A program made the position numbers and the translations under genes. Shown piece by piece: positions 9,085 through 21,565 of a stretch of 64,000 nucleotides of DNA. The DNA lies in contig JAHCID010000001.1 of NCBI GenBank assembly GCA_026129405.1, positions 277,237 through 341,236 of the forward strand. The letters are read 5' to 3'. How positions within the stretch are numbered: the first letter of the stretch is position 1; each line of letters begins with the position of its first letter. Source of the DNA: a bacterium. GTDB lineage: Bacteria; Desulfobacterota; Binatia; DP-6. The notes under the pieces were generated by a model. It ran no database searches and had not been told where the DNA came from. It worked only from the letters and a program-made list of their open reading frames with translations.

Positions 9085-11415
9085 TCAGTCGGCGCGATCG
9101 ACGAAGCGGTCGCCGCGGTTGCGCTGCGCAGGGGCGGAGTAGCTCGCCTCCCAGCAGCCGCCCCAGGCGCTCTGGAGCTGGACGCGCACCGGCTGCGGCA
9201 GCGGGAACGGGCCCAGCCGCACGGCGCCGCCGCGGGCCTTCAGCGTGATCGTCGAGCGGCCGCGAGCGGTCGCGAGCGCCAGCCGCTCGACGCCGTCGGG
9301 AGTCAGCTCCGGATCCGCATACGCCCAGCCGCCGCCGCGCTTCGGCGACCAGCAGGCGCGCGGCCGCTTCGCGTTGCAGGTGCCGGCGGCGGGCACCTCG
9401 GCCCGCCAGCGCAGGGCGCCGATCCCGTCGTACACGCACAGCGAGTACGCGTTCGTCGCCGCGGGATCGCCGAACGGCCCCGCTCCCCGCCCGCTCCACT
9501 TCCACGTGAGCCGCTGGCCGGCGACGGCGAGCTTGCCGGCGTGCGTCGCGACGCACGCGCCCGGCGCCGGCGCGCAGGCCGGCGGGCCGGCGTCGAGCGG
9601 CTCGGGCGCCGCCGGCGGCAGGACCGGTGCGACCGGCGCCTGCACTGCGCCGCCCGGCGCCTCGCGCACGGGCAGGCGCAGCTCGAGGTTCGACACGGTG
9701 ACGGTGAAGACGCCGTTCGACGCCCGCCCGTAGGGCGCGCTCTGGCCGAGCAGCTCGAGCTTCGGCCGGTGGCCGGCGGCGAAGCGCCAGCCGTTCGGGT
9801 GCAGCTGGATCGGCAGCGGGCCGACGTCGTCGGTGCGCGGCCGGAAGAGCGCGTGCGTGACCAGCGTCTGCTGGCCGTCGGGCGCGACGTCCCACAGCCG
9901 TGCGGCGATGGTCGCGTAGCTGCCGCGCACCGCGTAGTCGGCGACGATCGTCGGCGCGCCCATGAGCGTGTAGCCGGCGCCGGTCGCCGCCGGGAACACC
10001 CAGGTCGCGGCGCCGGGATCGGTCGCCGCCGGCACCGTGCGGCAGGCGGGGCCGCTCAGCGGATCGGTCGCCGCCGCGTTGGCCGCGCTGCCGCCCTTCT
10101 CGTCGAACGTCTGCGGGCCGGCGTCGCGGAAGCGCACCTCGCCGGGGTGTGTGGCGTCCCAGGTGGGGGCGAAGAACGGGCCTTCGGAGGCGGCGTCACG
10201 GCACCCCTGCGTCCACACCTCGACCTTCTCGAGCGGGCCGCCGACGCCCTTCAGATGGCGCGCGAAGAAGGCGTCGACGCGCTCGAACACCGGCACGGCG
10301 GAGCTGCCGGCACCGGCGCGCGGGTGCCCGAAGCCGTCGGCGAGAATGAGCGCGACCTCGGCGCTCGGATGGCGCGTCGTCACCTTGCGCCACAGGCGCA
10401 CGGCCTCGTCGCCGGGGAAGAGGTCGTCGGTCCAGGCGTTGTAGATGAGCAGCGGCGCCGGGGGCACGCCGCCGTCGACGTAGTACGCCGAGTGGTGGCG
10501 GGTGATCTCCTCGATCAGCGCCGCCGTCTCGGGCGAGCCGTCGTACGGCTCGCCCGCGGAGATGCGGGCGTTCCAGCCCGGCAGGTCGGCCGACGGATCG
10601 GCGCCGTCCGGCGCATAGTAGGCGGTCGCGAGGCCGCTGGCGTAGAGCGCCGCGTTCCACGACGCCTTCTGGATGCCGGCGCGGGCGCCGTACGGGTTGT
10701 CGGCGAGGTAGTCGAGGTTGCGGCCGGTCGGCGTCAGCGCCTGCCCGAGGTCGGTCCACGGGATCAGCGGCGCCGCGGCGGCGATGCGCATCGGCTTGCC
10801 GCCCGGGCTCACCCACGGGACCAGCGTGCCGTCGGGCAGCGCGACGCGGTCGCGCAGCATGCCGAGGATCGCCGACTGGCCGCCGCCGTACGAGATGCCG
10901 GTGACGCCGACGCGATCCGGGATGACGTGCCCCTCGTCCGCGAGCAGCGACGCCAGCCACTGCGTGTCGCGCGCCTCGTAGCGGACGTCGGAGAGATGCA
11001 CCCAGCCGCGCTCGACGCAGACGTTCGGATTCGAGAGCGACGGATCGGGCGCACGCGACGCGGGGAAGCCGCACGACTGCTGGAAGCCGCGGGCGGTGTA
11101 GCTCAGCACCACGTAGCCGGCCTGCGCCCGCGCCACCTGCGCGCCGCCCGACTTGGAGCCGCCCCAGCCGTGCAGGTCGACGATGAGCGGGAACGGCCCC
11201 GTCTGCGCCGGCGGCGGCAGCGTCACCGCGACGTCGAGCGGGACGCCGTCCCAGCTCTCGACGCGGCTCGCGACCGAGCCGTTGCACAGCTGGACGCCCG
11301 AGGGCTGCACGACGCACGGGATGCGACCGCCGAACACCGCGGCCACCGGCGCGGCCGGCGCGACGTCCGGAACGAGGAAGGGGAGCAGCGCGAGCGCCGC
11401 GACCAGAGTCCGCAT
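9085..11415 (-). CDS. Secreted CocE/NonD (X-Pro dipeptidyl-peptidase S15-like) alpha/beta hydrolase with an extra Cys-containing C-terminal module
   Basis: Signal peptide MRTLVAALALLPFLV..APAAP. ..GVPLDVAVTLP...GPFPLIVDLHGWGG.., nucleophile elbow GVTGISYGG, and a PepX_C-like part ..TIAARLWDVAPDGQQTLVTHALFRP.. The last ~175 aa are an uncharacterised module (see findings). Confidence 0.8.
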   Translation of the reverse strand: MRTLVAALALLPFLVPDVAPAAPVAAVFGGRIPCVVQPSGVQLCNGSVASRVESWDGVPLDVAVTLPPPAQTGPFPLIVDLHGWGGSKSGGAQVARAQAGYVVLSYTARGFQQSCGFPASRAPDPSLSNPNVCVERGWVHLSDVRYEARDTQWLASLLADEGHVIPDRVGVTGISYGGGQSAILGMLRDRVALPDGTLVPWVSPGGKPMRIAAAAPLIPWTDLGQALTPTGRNLDYLADNPYGARAGIQKASWNAALYASGLATAYYAPDGADPSADLPGWNARISAGEPYDGSPETAALIEEITRHHSAYYVDGGVPPAPLLIYNAWTDDLFPGDEAVRLWRKVTTRHPSAEVALILADGFGHPRAGAGSSAVPVFERVDAFFARHLKGVGGPLEKVEVWTQGCRDAASEGPFFAPTWDATHPGEVRFRDAGPQTFDEKGGSAANAAATDPLSGPACRTVPAATDPGAATWVFPAATGAGYTLMGAPTIVADYAVRGSYATIAARLWDVAPDGQQTLVTHALFRPRTDDVGPLPIQLHPNGWRFAAGHRPKLELLGQSAPYGRASNGVFTVTVSNLELRLPVREAPGGAVQAPVAPVLPPAAPEPLDAGPPACAPAPGACVATHAGKLAVAGQRLTWKWSGRGAGPFGDPAATNAYSLCVYDGIGALRWRAEVPAAGTCNAKRPRACWSPKRGGGWAYADPELTPDGVERLALATARGRSTITLKARGGAVRLGPFPLPQPVRVQLQSAWGGCWEASYSAPAQRNRGDRFVDRAD

Positions 11416-11539
11416 CGGCGGACCTTACGGCATGGCTCGCGAAACCGGCAAGATCGAAAACGTGCGTGTGACGCGTCGTCCCGGGAAGGCTGGCCGGGCC
11501 GGCCGACGCCGGTTAGAACCGCGGGAGAGGAGACCCGAC

Positions 11540-12097
11540 ATGCCGTCACGCGCGACGTTCCTGCTCCCTGCCCTCGGCCTCGCCGCCCTCGCCTTCGCCG
11601 CGGATCCGCCGCCGCCGACCGCGGTCGGCCCCGCCGTGAACGACGCCATCGCCGTCCTCGCCCCCACGGAGGGCAGCAAGGTCGCGGGCACCATCCGCTT
11701 CCGCAAGGCCGGCGACGGCGTGCGCATCACCGGCGAGGTGACCGGCCTCGCACCCGACTCGAAGGTCGGCTTCCACATCCACGAGTTCGGCGATTGCTCC
11801 GCACCCGACGGCACCAGCGCCGGCGGCCACTTCGCGCCCGAGGGCAACCCGCACGGGGCGCCCACTGCGCCGCACCACCATGCCGGCGATCTCGGCAACC
11901 TCGAGGCCGACGCCACCGGCACCGCGAAGGTCGATATCTCCGCCGGGGGCCTCGGCATCGCCACGGGCGGCTCGCAGATCATCGGCCGCGGCCTCATCGT
12001 CCACACGCAGCCCGACGACTTCACGACCCAGCCCACCGGCAACGCCGGCGGCCGCGCCGCCTGCGGCGTGATCGGCGTCGCCAAGCCGGCCAGCTGA
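11540..12097 (+). CDS. sodC: Periplasmic Cu/Zn superoxide dismutase
   Basis: RBS GGGAGAGGAG then ATG at 11540, with a signal peptide. Motifs GFHIHEFGDCS..GGHF.P, HHHAGDLGN, GRGLIVHTQPDD and GNAGGRAACGVIG. Confidence 0.92.
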   Translation: MPSRATFLLPALGLAALAFAADPPPPTAVGPAVNDAIAVLAPTEGSKVAGTIRFRKAGDGVRITGEVTGLAPDSKVGFHIHEFGDCSAPDGTSAGGHFAPEGNPHGAPTAPHHHAGDLGNLEADATGTAKVDISAGGLGIATGGSQIIGRGLIVHTQPDDFTTQPTGNAGGRAACGVIGVAKPAS

Positions 12098-12105
12098 CCG
12101 GCGCC

Positions 12106-12134
12106 GGTGCGGGCGGCGGCGCTCCGCCCGCACC
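12106..12134 (+). terminator. Hairpin after sodC
   Basis: GGTGCGGGCGG (12106-12116), a 7-nt loop, then CCGCCCGCACC (12124-12134). It starts 9 nt after the stop. Confidence 0.45.
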
Positions 12135-12180
12135 CGCCGCGGTGGCCTGCCCCACGACGGGATGCTAACCCCCGTCGCGC

Positions 12181-13314
12181 ATGGTCGATCGTGGACATCT
12201 CGCCGTCGCGCGCGCCGACGACGGGCAGATCGTCCTCGAGGTGTCCGGTCCGTGGCGGCTCGCCGGCGGCCTGCCGCCGCTCGACGACGTCGAGCAGGCG
12301 CTCACCAGCAAGCCGGCGCCGCGCCTCGTCCGCTTCGACGCCCGCGGCCTCGACGACTGGGACTCGGCCCTGCTCGCGTTCCTGAACCGCGTCGGCGACC
12401 TCGCCCGCGACGCCGGCCTCGAGGTCGACGCGAGCGGGCTGCCGGACGGCGTGCGCCGTCTGCTCCACCTCGCCGAGGCGGTGCCCGAGAAGGAGGGCGC
12501 CCGCCGCAAGGAGGAGAAGACGCCGCTCCTCGCCCGCGTCGGCAAGACGTGGCTCGCCCTCTGGCACGACGCCCTCGGGTTCGTCGAGTTTCTCGGCCAG
12601 GTGACGATCGCCATGGGCAACCTGCTGCGCGGGCGGGCGCGCGTGCGCGGCTCGGACTTCCTCCTCTTCGTGCAGGAGGCCGGCGTACAGGCGCTGCCCA
12701 TCGTCACGCTGATCAGCTTCCTCGTCGGGCAGATCCTCGGCTTCGTCGGCGCCGTGCAGCTCGAGAAGTTCGGCGCCTCGATCTACGTCGCCGACCTGGT
12801 CGGCATCGCGATGGTGCGCGAGATGGGCGCCATGATGACGGCCATCGTCATGGCGGGCCGCACGGGCGCCGCCTACGCCGCGCAGCTCGGCAGCATGAAC
12901 GCGACCCAGGAGACCGAGGCCCTCTCGACGATGGGCGTCTCTCCCGTCGAGTTCCTCGTGCTGCCGCGCATGCTGGCGCTGATGGCGATGATGCCGCTCC
13001 TCTGCCTCTACTCCGACGCGCTCGGCATCGCCGGCGGCGCGCTCGTGGGCGTCGGCATGCTGAAGCTCGCGCCGCTCGTCTACTGGCAGGAGACGATGCA
13101 CGCGGTCGGCATCGACGACCTGATCGGCGGCATCTTCAAAGCCTCGGTGTACGGGGCGCTGGTCGCGATCGCCGGCTGCCTGCGCGGCATCCAGAGCGGA
13201 CGCAGCTCCGCGGCCGTCGGCGAGGCCACGACCTCGGCGGTGGTCACCAGCATCGTGCTCGTGATCAGCGCCTGCGGCATCTTCTCGGTGCTGTTCTACA
13301 TCCTGGACATCTGA
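12181..13314 (+). CDS. mlaE: MlaE-family ABC permease with an N-terminal STAS/MlaB-like extension
   Basis: The C-terminal ~260 aa (..LPIVTLISFLVGQILGFVGAVQLEKFGA..VREMGAMMTAIVMAGRTGAAYAAQLGSM..TQE.EAL..MG..P..) fit the MlaE family. The first ~110 aa (..IVLEVSGPWRL..L..V....) look STAS-like. Confidence 0.85.
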   Translation: MVDRGHLAVARADDGQIVLEVSGPWRLAGGLPPLDDVEQALTSKPAPRLVRFDARGLDDWDSALLAFLNRVGDLARDAGLEVDASGLPDGVRRLLHLAEAVPEKEGARRKEEKTPLLARVGKTWLALWHDALGFVEFLGQVTIAMGNLLRGRARVRGSDFLLFVQEAGVQALPIVTLISFLVGQILGFVGAVQLEKFGASIYVADLVGIAMVREMGAMMTAIVMAGRTGAAYAAQLGSMNATQETEALSTMGVSPVEFLVLPRMLALMAMMPLLCLYSDALGIAGGALVGVGMLKLAPLVYWQETMHAVGIDDLIGGIFKASVYGALVAIAGCLRGIQSGRSSAAVGEATTSAVVTSIVLVISACGIFSVLFYILDI

Positions 13315-14108
13315 TGGGAGCGCCCGCCGCGGGGGAGCCGCACATCGTCGTCGAGAACCTGACCATGGCGTTCGGCGACTTCGTCGTGATGAAGGACCTC
13401 GACTTCACGGTGAACCACGGCGACATCTTCGTCATCATGGGCGGCAGCGGCTGCGGGAAGAGCACGCTGCTGCGCCACATGATCGGCCTCATCACGCCCG
13501 CGAAGGGCCGCATCCTGTACGGCGACGTCGACATCGACGCTGCGCCGCCCGAGGAGAAGGAACGCCTGCTGCGCCGCTTCGGCGTCCTCTACCAGAGCGG
13601 CGCGCTGTGGAGCTCCATGACGCTGATCGAGAACGTCGCCCTGCCGCTACAGGAGTTCACCGACCTCCGCCCGGCCGACGTCGCCGAGGTCGCGTCGCTG
13701 AAGCTCGCGCTCGTCGGCCTGAAGGGCTTCGAGGAATACTACCCGTCGGAGATCAGCGGCGGCATGCAGAAGCGCGCCGGCCTCGCCCGCGCCATGGCGC
13801 TCGATCCCGAGGTGCTCTTCTTCGACGAGCCCTCCGCCGGCCTCGATCCGATCAGCTCGAAGCTGCTCGACGACCTCATCCTCGAGCTGCGCGACAGCCT
13901 CGGCTCGACCATCGTCGTGGTGACGCACGAGCTCGCGAGCATCTTCGCCATCGGCTCCCGCGCCATCTTCCTCGACACGGAGACGCGCACGATGACCGCG
14001 CTGGGTCCCCCGCAAGAGCTGCTGCGCAGCGGCAACGCCAACGTGAGGCGCTTCCTCACCCGCGACGGCGAGGAGCCGGGCGGCGAGGCGGCAGAGGCGC
14101 CGCGATGA
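13314..14108 (+). CDS. mlaF: ABC transporter ATP-binding protein (MlaF-like)
   Basis: Walker A GGSGCGKST, signature SGGMQKRAGLARA, Walker B LFFDEPSAGLDP. The ATG overlaps the mlaE stop (TGATG). Confidence 0.9.
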   Translation: MGAPAAGEPHIVVENLTMAFGDFVVMKDLDFTVNHGDIFVIMGGSGCGKSTLLRHMIGLITPAKGRILYGDVDIDAAPPEEKERLLRRFGVLYQSGALWSSMTLIENVALPLQEFTDLRPADVAEVASLKLALVGLKGFEEYYPSEISGGMQKRAGLARAMALDPEVLFFDEPSAGLDPISSKLLDDLILELRDSLGSTIVVVTHELASIFAIGSRAIFLDTETRTMTALGPPQELLRSGNANVRRFLTRDGEEPGGEAAEAPR

Positions 14109-15061
14109 GCAAGAAGGCCAGCCCGACGCTCGTCGGCTCGTTCGTCCTCGGCGCCGTCGCGCTGCTCGTCGCGGGCGTCGTCGTCTTCGGCTCGGGACGG
14201 CTCTTCAAGTCGACCGTGCCGTTCGTGCTCTCCTTCAACGGCTCGGTGAACGGCCTGTCCGTCGGGGCGCCCGTGAAGTTCAAGGGCGTGGAGGTCGGCT
14301 CGGTGACCGACATCCGCCTCTCGCTGAACGCCGACGAGAACGCCGAGGGGCCGAGCACGCGCGTCCCGGTCGTGATCGAGATCGACGAGGACCGCGTGCT
14401 CGCGCGGGGCGTCCGCGTCGACATCGCCGACCGCGCGACGTTGGAGCGTCTCGTCGACGCCGGCCTGCGCGGGCAGCTGAACGCGCAGAGCTTCGTCACC
14501 GGGCTGCTGTTCGTCGAGCTGGACTTCCATCCCGACACCGCGGCCGACTTCACGCTGGGACCGGACAGCCCCTACCTGGAGATCCCGACGATCCCGAACG
14601 TCTTCGAGCAAGCGCAGACGGCGCTCGCCGAGGTGATCAGCGACATCGAGAAGCTGAACCTCCAGCGCCTGTTCGACGCGATCGCCGAGACGGTCGAGGG
14701 CATCAAGCGGATCGTCAACGCCGACGGCGTGCAGAAGGCGGCGCAGAACCTCGACAAGACGATGGCCAACCTCGACGAGACGCTCGCGAGCGTGCGCAGG
14801 CTCTCCGACGAGCTCGGGGCCAAGGCCGGCACCCTCGGCCGCAGCGTCGAGGAGATCGCCGCGCAGACGCGCGTCACGCTGGAGACCATGGACACGTCGC
14901 TGCGCACGGTGCGCGACCTCCTCGATCCCTCCGCCCCCCTCGCCGTCCAGCTCCAGGACGCGCTCGACGAGATCAGCGGTGCGGCACGCTCGGTCCGACT
15001 CCTCGCCGGCGAGCTCGAGCGCAACCCCAGCGCCCTCATCCGGGGCAGGAAGGCGGATTGA
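14105..15061 (+). CDS. MCE-domain protein (MlaD/PqiB-like) with a long C-terminal helical region
   Basis: N-terminal TM segment, then MCE core ..F.GSVNGLSVGAPVKFKGVEVGSVTDI.L.., then ..GLRGQL..QSFVTGLLFVELDF. ATG at 14105 overlaps the mlaF stop (ATGA). Confidence 0.85.
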   Translation: MSKKASPTLVGSFVLGAVALLVAGVVVFGSGRLFKSTVPFVLSFNGSVNGLSVGAPVKFKGVEVGSVTDIRLSLNADENAEGPSTRVPVVIEIDEDRVLARGVRVDIADRATLERLVDAGLRGQLNAQSFVTGLLFVELDFHPDTAADFTLGPDSPYLEIPTIPNVFEQAQTALAEVISDIEKLNLQRLFDAIAETVEGIKRIVNADGVQKAAQNLDKTMANLDETLASVRRLSDELGAKAGTLGRSVEEIAAQTRVTLETMDTSLRTVRDLLDPSAPLAVQLQDALDEISGAARSVRLLAGELERNPSALIRGRKAD

Positions 15062-15693
15062 TGCGGCATCTCCTCCTGGGAGCGCTCCTCGCCTGCGGGC
15101 TCGCAGGCTGCTCCATCCTCGGCCCCCCGATCTCGGACCCGTGGCACTTCTACACGCTGCGCGCCGCCGCCGAGCCGACGAGCACGTCGACGCGGCTCGC
15201 CGTCGGCCTCGGCCCCGTGCGACTGCCGACCTATCTCGACCGCGCCGAGATGGCGACGCGCGTCTCGAACGGTCAGATCGACTTCAGCCGCTCGGACCGC
15301 TGGGCCGAGCCCATCGGCGAGGGGGTGGCGCGCGTGCTGACGCTCGACCTGAGCGCCGCCCTCGGCACCGAGGACGTCGTCGCCTTTCCCTGGCCCGCCG
15401 CCAGCCGCATCGACTGGACGGTCGCCGTCGACATCGACGTCTTCGAGCGCGACACCTCCGGCACCTTCACCGTCGACGCGCGCTGGCGCATCCGCCACGG
15501 CCAAACTCGCGAGCTGCTCCGCGCGGGCGTGAAGCTGCTGCACGAGGAGCCGCCGACGAACGACGCCGAGGGCAGCGTCGAGGCGGCGAACCGCGCGCTC
15601 GCGGCGCTGGCCCAGGCGATCGCCGCGGACCTCGTGGCGCTCGGCAAGCCGGCGCCCTACGCGGAGCTCAGACGGCGAGAAGGCCCACGCTGA
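15061..15693 (+). CDS. ABC-type transport auxiliary lipoprotein (PqiC/YmbA-like)
   Basis: Lipobox LLACGLAGC. ..Y.L.......RLAVG.V.LP.YLDR..M..R.....I.....RWAEP.. is typical of the family. ATG at 15061 overlaps the upstream stop. Confidence 0.75.
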   Translation: MRHLLLGALLACGLAGCSILGPPISDPWHFYTLRAAAEPTSTSTRLAVGLGPVRLPTYLDRAEMATRVSNGQIDFSRSDRWAEPIGEGVARVLTLDLSAALGTEDVVAFPWPAASRIDWTVAVDIDVFERDTSGTFTVDARWRIRHGQTRELLRAGVKLLHEEPPTNDAEGSVEAANRALAALAQAIAADLVALGKPAPYAELRRREGPR

Positions 15694-15777
15694 GCGCAAG
15701 GGCGCGATCGACCCGTCGCATCGCATCGGCGCGCAGCGTGCCGAGTCTCCGGACGAGACGGCGGCGACCGTTCCGGA

Positions 15778-17220
15778 CTACGGCGCCGCCTCGAAGTCGC
15801 CCGGCTTCCAGCTTCCGTCGAAGGCCTCGTCCTGCGGGCCGTAGATGCGGAAGTAGGCGAACCAGCCGCGGCCCGGAGCGGTCTGGATCCAGCGGTCCTC
15901 CTTGCCGGCGGGCGCCTCGGGGCCGAACCACAGCTCGACGACGCCGTCGGCGTCGGGCGTCAGCTTCTCGACGAGCGAGCGCAGCGCCGCCTTGTCCTGC
16001 CTCGTCTGCACCTGCGAGCGGGTCTGCGAGTCGTACGCCGTCACCGACCAGAAGAGGTTCGCGGGCACCGGCGCCGGCACGCGCAGGCGGTAGTGCTTGC
16101 CGCCGTCGAGCCAGGCGCCCGTCGCGTCGCGCGCCGCGAGCCAGTAGAGCGAGCCCGCGCCCGCCGAGCGGCGGAACATCGCCGGGGACGTCAGGATCGC
16201 CTGGATGAACCAGCGATCGGCCGCCTCGAGATCGGGGCCGGACGGCGTCTCGAACGCGCCGTTGTCGGCGACGAGGCCGATCCACTCCCAACGGCGGTCG
16301 GGCCACACGATGCGATCGGGGCGCGCGCTGTCGAAGCCCGAGACCAGCATCTGGTCGCGCGCCGCGCGGGCAGCGCGACCGAGGATGCGCTGCATGCGCG
16401 CGTCGGGCTCGAACGGCTTGCCCTTCGCGAGGCCGAGCGTGCCGAGGAGGCCGTACATGCCCTCCCAGCCCACGCGGAGCGGCTCGTCCTCGATGGCCGC
16501 GTGCAGCCAGCGCCAGAAGCCGATGTTGTCCTCGACCTGGAGGCAGGTCGCGTCGACGCGGCGGTTCGTGCCGTCGATCCAGGAGAACGGCGCGTCGGCG
16601 TCGTCGAGCGGATGGACGCGCACCGTCTTCAGCGCCGCGATCGCCTTCGCCGTATCGCCGGCGACCGGCATGGCGCGCAGCGCGACGTAGACCCGGTTCG
16701 TCGGCGAGCGCCCGACGAAGTAGCCCTCCGGTGGCGCCTCGTCCCACCCTGGCGGCACGACGAGATGCTTGCCGCCTTTGCCCGCGTCGGGCCCGGGCAG
16801 GCCGACGTCCATGACCCACTGCTGGTCGTGATCGTCGACGACGCCGATGAACGGCCCCGGCGGCAGGTCGATCACGAGCGGCCCCGTCTTGCGGAGGTCG
16901 ACTGTCCCGGCGCCGTACGGCGTGTCCGAGTTCGCCGTGAACGCGGTCTGGACGGGGCTCGCCGCGAAGAACATGAACGACGAGCCGTCGACGGCGCCGC
17001 TCGCGCGCAAGCCCGCCATGACGCCCTCCATCGACACCGTCGGGTACCAGAAGCGATACGCCGCGATCGCGCGCGCGAAGTCGGCGTCGTCGCGCGCCTG
17101 CGTGGCTGCGGGGCCCGACGGATAGCCGCGCTCGAAGTCGTAGGGGCGCGCCGGCTCCGCCGCGCGAGCGGACCACGCGAAGCCGAGCGCCAGGACGCAG
17201 ACGAGGGAACGCAGGGGCAT
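15778..17220 (-). CDS. Secreted DUF1254/DUF1214-domain protein
   Basis: ATG at 17220 is preceded by GGAGGAG, and a signal peptide follows (MPLRSLVCVLALGFAWSARA). ..AIAAYRFWYPTVS.., ..LFWSVTAYD.. and ..WFAYFRIYGP.. are typical of the two DUFs. Confidence 0.75.
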   Translation of the reverse strand: MPLRSLVCVLALGFAWSARAAEPARPYDFERGYPSGPAATQARDDADFARAIAAYRFWYPTVSMEGVMAGLRASGAVDGSSFMFFAASPVQTAFTANSDTPYGAGTVDLRKTGPLVIDLPPGPFIGVVDDHDQQWVMDVGLPGPDAGKGGKHLVVPPGWDEAPPEGYFVGRSPTNRVYVALRAMPVAGDTAKAIAALKTVRVHPLDDADAPFSWIDGTNRRVDATCLQVEDNIGFWRWLHAAIEDEPLRVGWEGMYGLLGTLGLAKGKPFEPDARMQRILGRAARAARDQMLVSGFDSARPDRIVWPDRRWEWIGLVADNGAFETPSGPDLEAADRWFIQAILTSPAMFRRSAGAGSLYWLAARDATGAWLDGGKHYRLRVPAPVPANLFWSVTAYDSQTRSQVQTRQDKAALRSLVEKLTPDADGVVELWFGPEAPAGKEDRWIQTAPGRGWFAYFRIYGPQDEAFDGSWKPGDFEAAP

Positions 17221-17407
17221 GTCGACTCCTCCGGAGGTGCTCCAATGTGACGTCGCGTGGCGCTTGTCGAGCGGAGCGGGGCCGGCGTTCGTGTCCGGGT
17301 GGTCGCGGGGATCCGAGAGGATCACCTGCCGACGACGGACGGGGCGGGGTTGCTCGCGGGCGCACGGCGCCTCGGATGGTCGCGCCGAGCCTCCCCCTCG
17401 TCGCACG

Positions 17408-18711
17408 TCACAGCCGCGCGACGTGCAGCAGGTTCGTCCCGCCCGGTGCGCCGAACGGCCAGCCGCCGACGAGCACGATCGACGCGCCCGCCGGCGCGAT
17501 GCCGAGGCCGCGCACGACGGCGCGGAAGGCGGCGAGGCCCGCGCCCGCGTCGTCGGGGAACGTGGTCGTGCATGCCGTGACGCCCCAGACGAGCGCCAGG
17601 CGGCGGCGCAGCGCCTCGTCGACCGTGAGCGCGACGATGGGCACGCCGGGGCGATGGCTCGCGACCTGCGTCGCGGTGAAGCCGGTGCGCGTGGGCACGA
17701 CGATGGCCGCCGCGTCGAGGCGGGCCGCGACCTCGCAGGCCTGGCTGGCGATGAGGTCGTCGACCGACGCGTCGGCGGGGGCGAGGCGCGGCGGCAGGAT
17801 GCGCTCGGCCTCGAGCACGATCCGCCGCATCATCGCGACCGCGAGCGACGGATGCGCGCCGATGGCCGTCTCCTCGCTCAGCATGACGACGTCGGTGCCG
17901 TCGAGGACGGCGTTGGCGACGTCGGTCGCCTCGGCGCGCGTCGGCAGGCGGCTCTCGACCATCGAGCGCAGCATCTGGGTCGCGGTGATGACCGGCTTGC
18001 CGGCGCGGTTGGTCGCGGCGATGAGGCGCTTCTGCACCGTCGGCACGCGCTCGATGGGTATCTCGACGCCGAGGTCGCCGCGGGCGACCATCACGGCGTC
18101 GGCCGCCTCGACGATCTCGTCGAGGTTCTCGACCGCGTGCGCCTTCTCGATCTTCGCGACCACGGGCAGGCCGGTGGCCTTCACCGGCGCGAGGTCGCTC
18201 GCGCGGCGCACGAACGACAGCGCCACCCAGTCGACGCCCTGTTCGACGCCGAACCGCAGGTCGGCCTCGTCCTTGGGCGTGAGCGACGGCACGTCGTCGA
18301 GCCGCGACGACGGCAGGTTGATGCCCTTGCCTGCCGGGATGTCGCCCTCGGTGACCACGCGGGCCCGCCCCGGCGCAACCACCTCGAGCTGCATGACCCC
18401 ATCCGCGAGCAGCACCGGGTCGCCGGGCACGACGCTCGCCGGCAGCGCGATCTCGACGACGTCGCCGGGCTCGCCGCGCACGGGGCGTCGGAGCCGCAGC
18501 TTCGGGCCGCCGAGGTCCTGGAGGATCGCGATCGGCCGCCCGGCGGCGACGCGGCGGATCGCCGCGATCGTCCGTCCGTGCTCCGCGTGCGTGCCGTGCG
18601 AGAAGTTGAGGCGGAAGGCGTCGACGCCCGCCTCGAGCAGGGCACGGATGCCGTCCTCGCCGGCCGACGCGGGGCCGAGCGTCGCGAGGATGCGCGTGCG
18701 CGGCGTCGCCG

Positions 18712-18715
<4 letters not shown>
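17408..18715 (-). CDS. pyk: Pyruvate kinase
   Basis: RTRILATLGPAS..FRLNFSHG..,..AKIE...AV.NLDEI..A.DAVMVARGDLGVEIP..,..ITATQML.SM...PTRAE..DVANAV.DG.D.VMLS.ETA.G. The GTG start overlaps the glpD stop (GTGA). Confidence 0.92.
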
Positions 18716-21431
<2,716 letters not shown>

Positions 21432-21565
21432 GCCGACGCCCGCGGCAGTCGGGGCCCGTTCCACGACGGATCGTCCCGCCATCCTTGACCTCCCCGCGCG
21501 CCGTCGAGTAAGCGCCGACGACACGCGAGAACGCTGGCCGCCGGGCGGCGCGAAGGGGGACTGCG

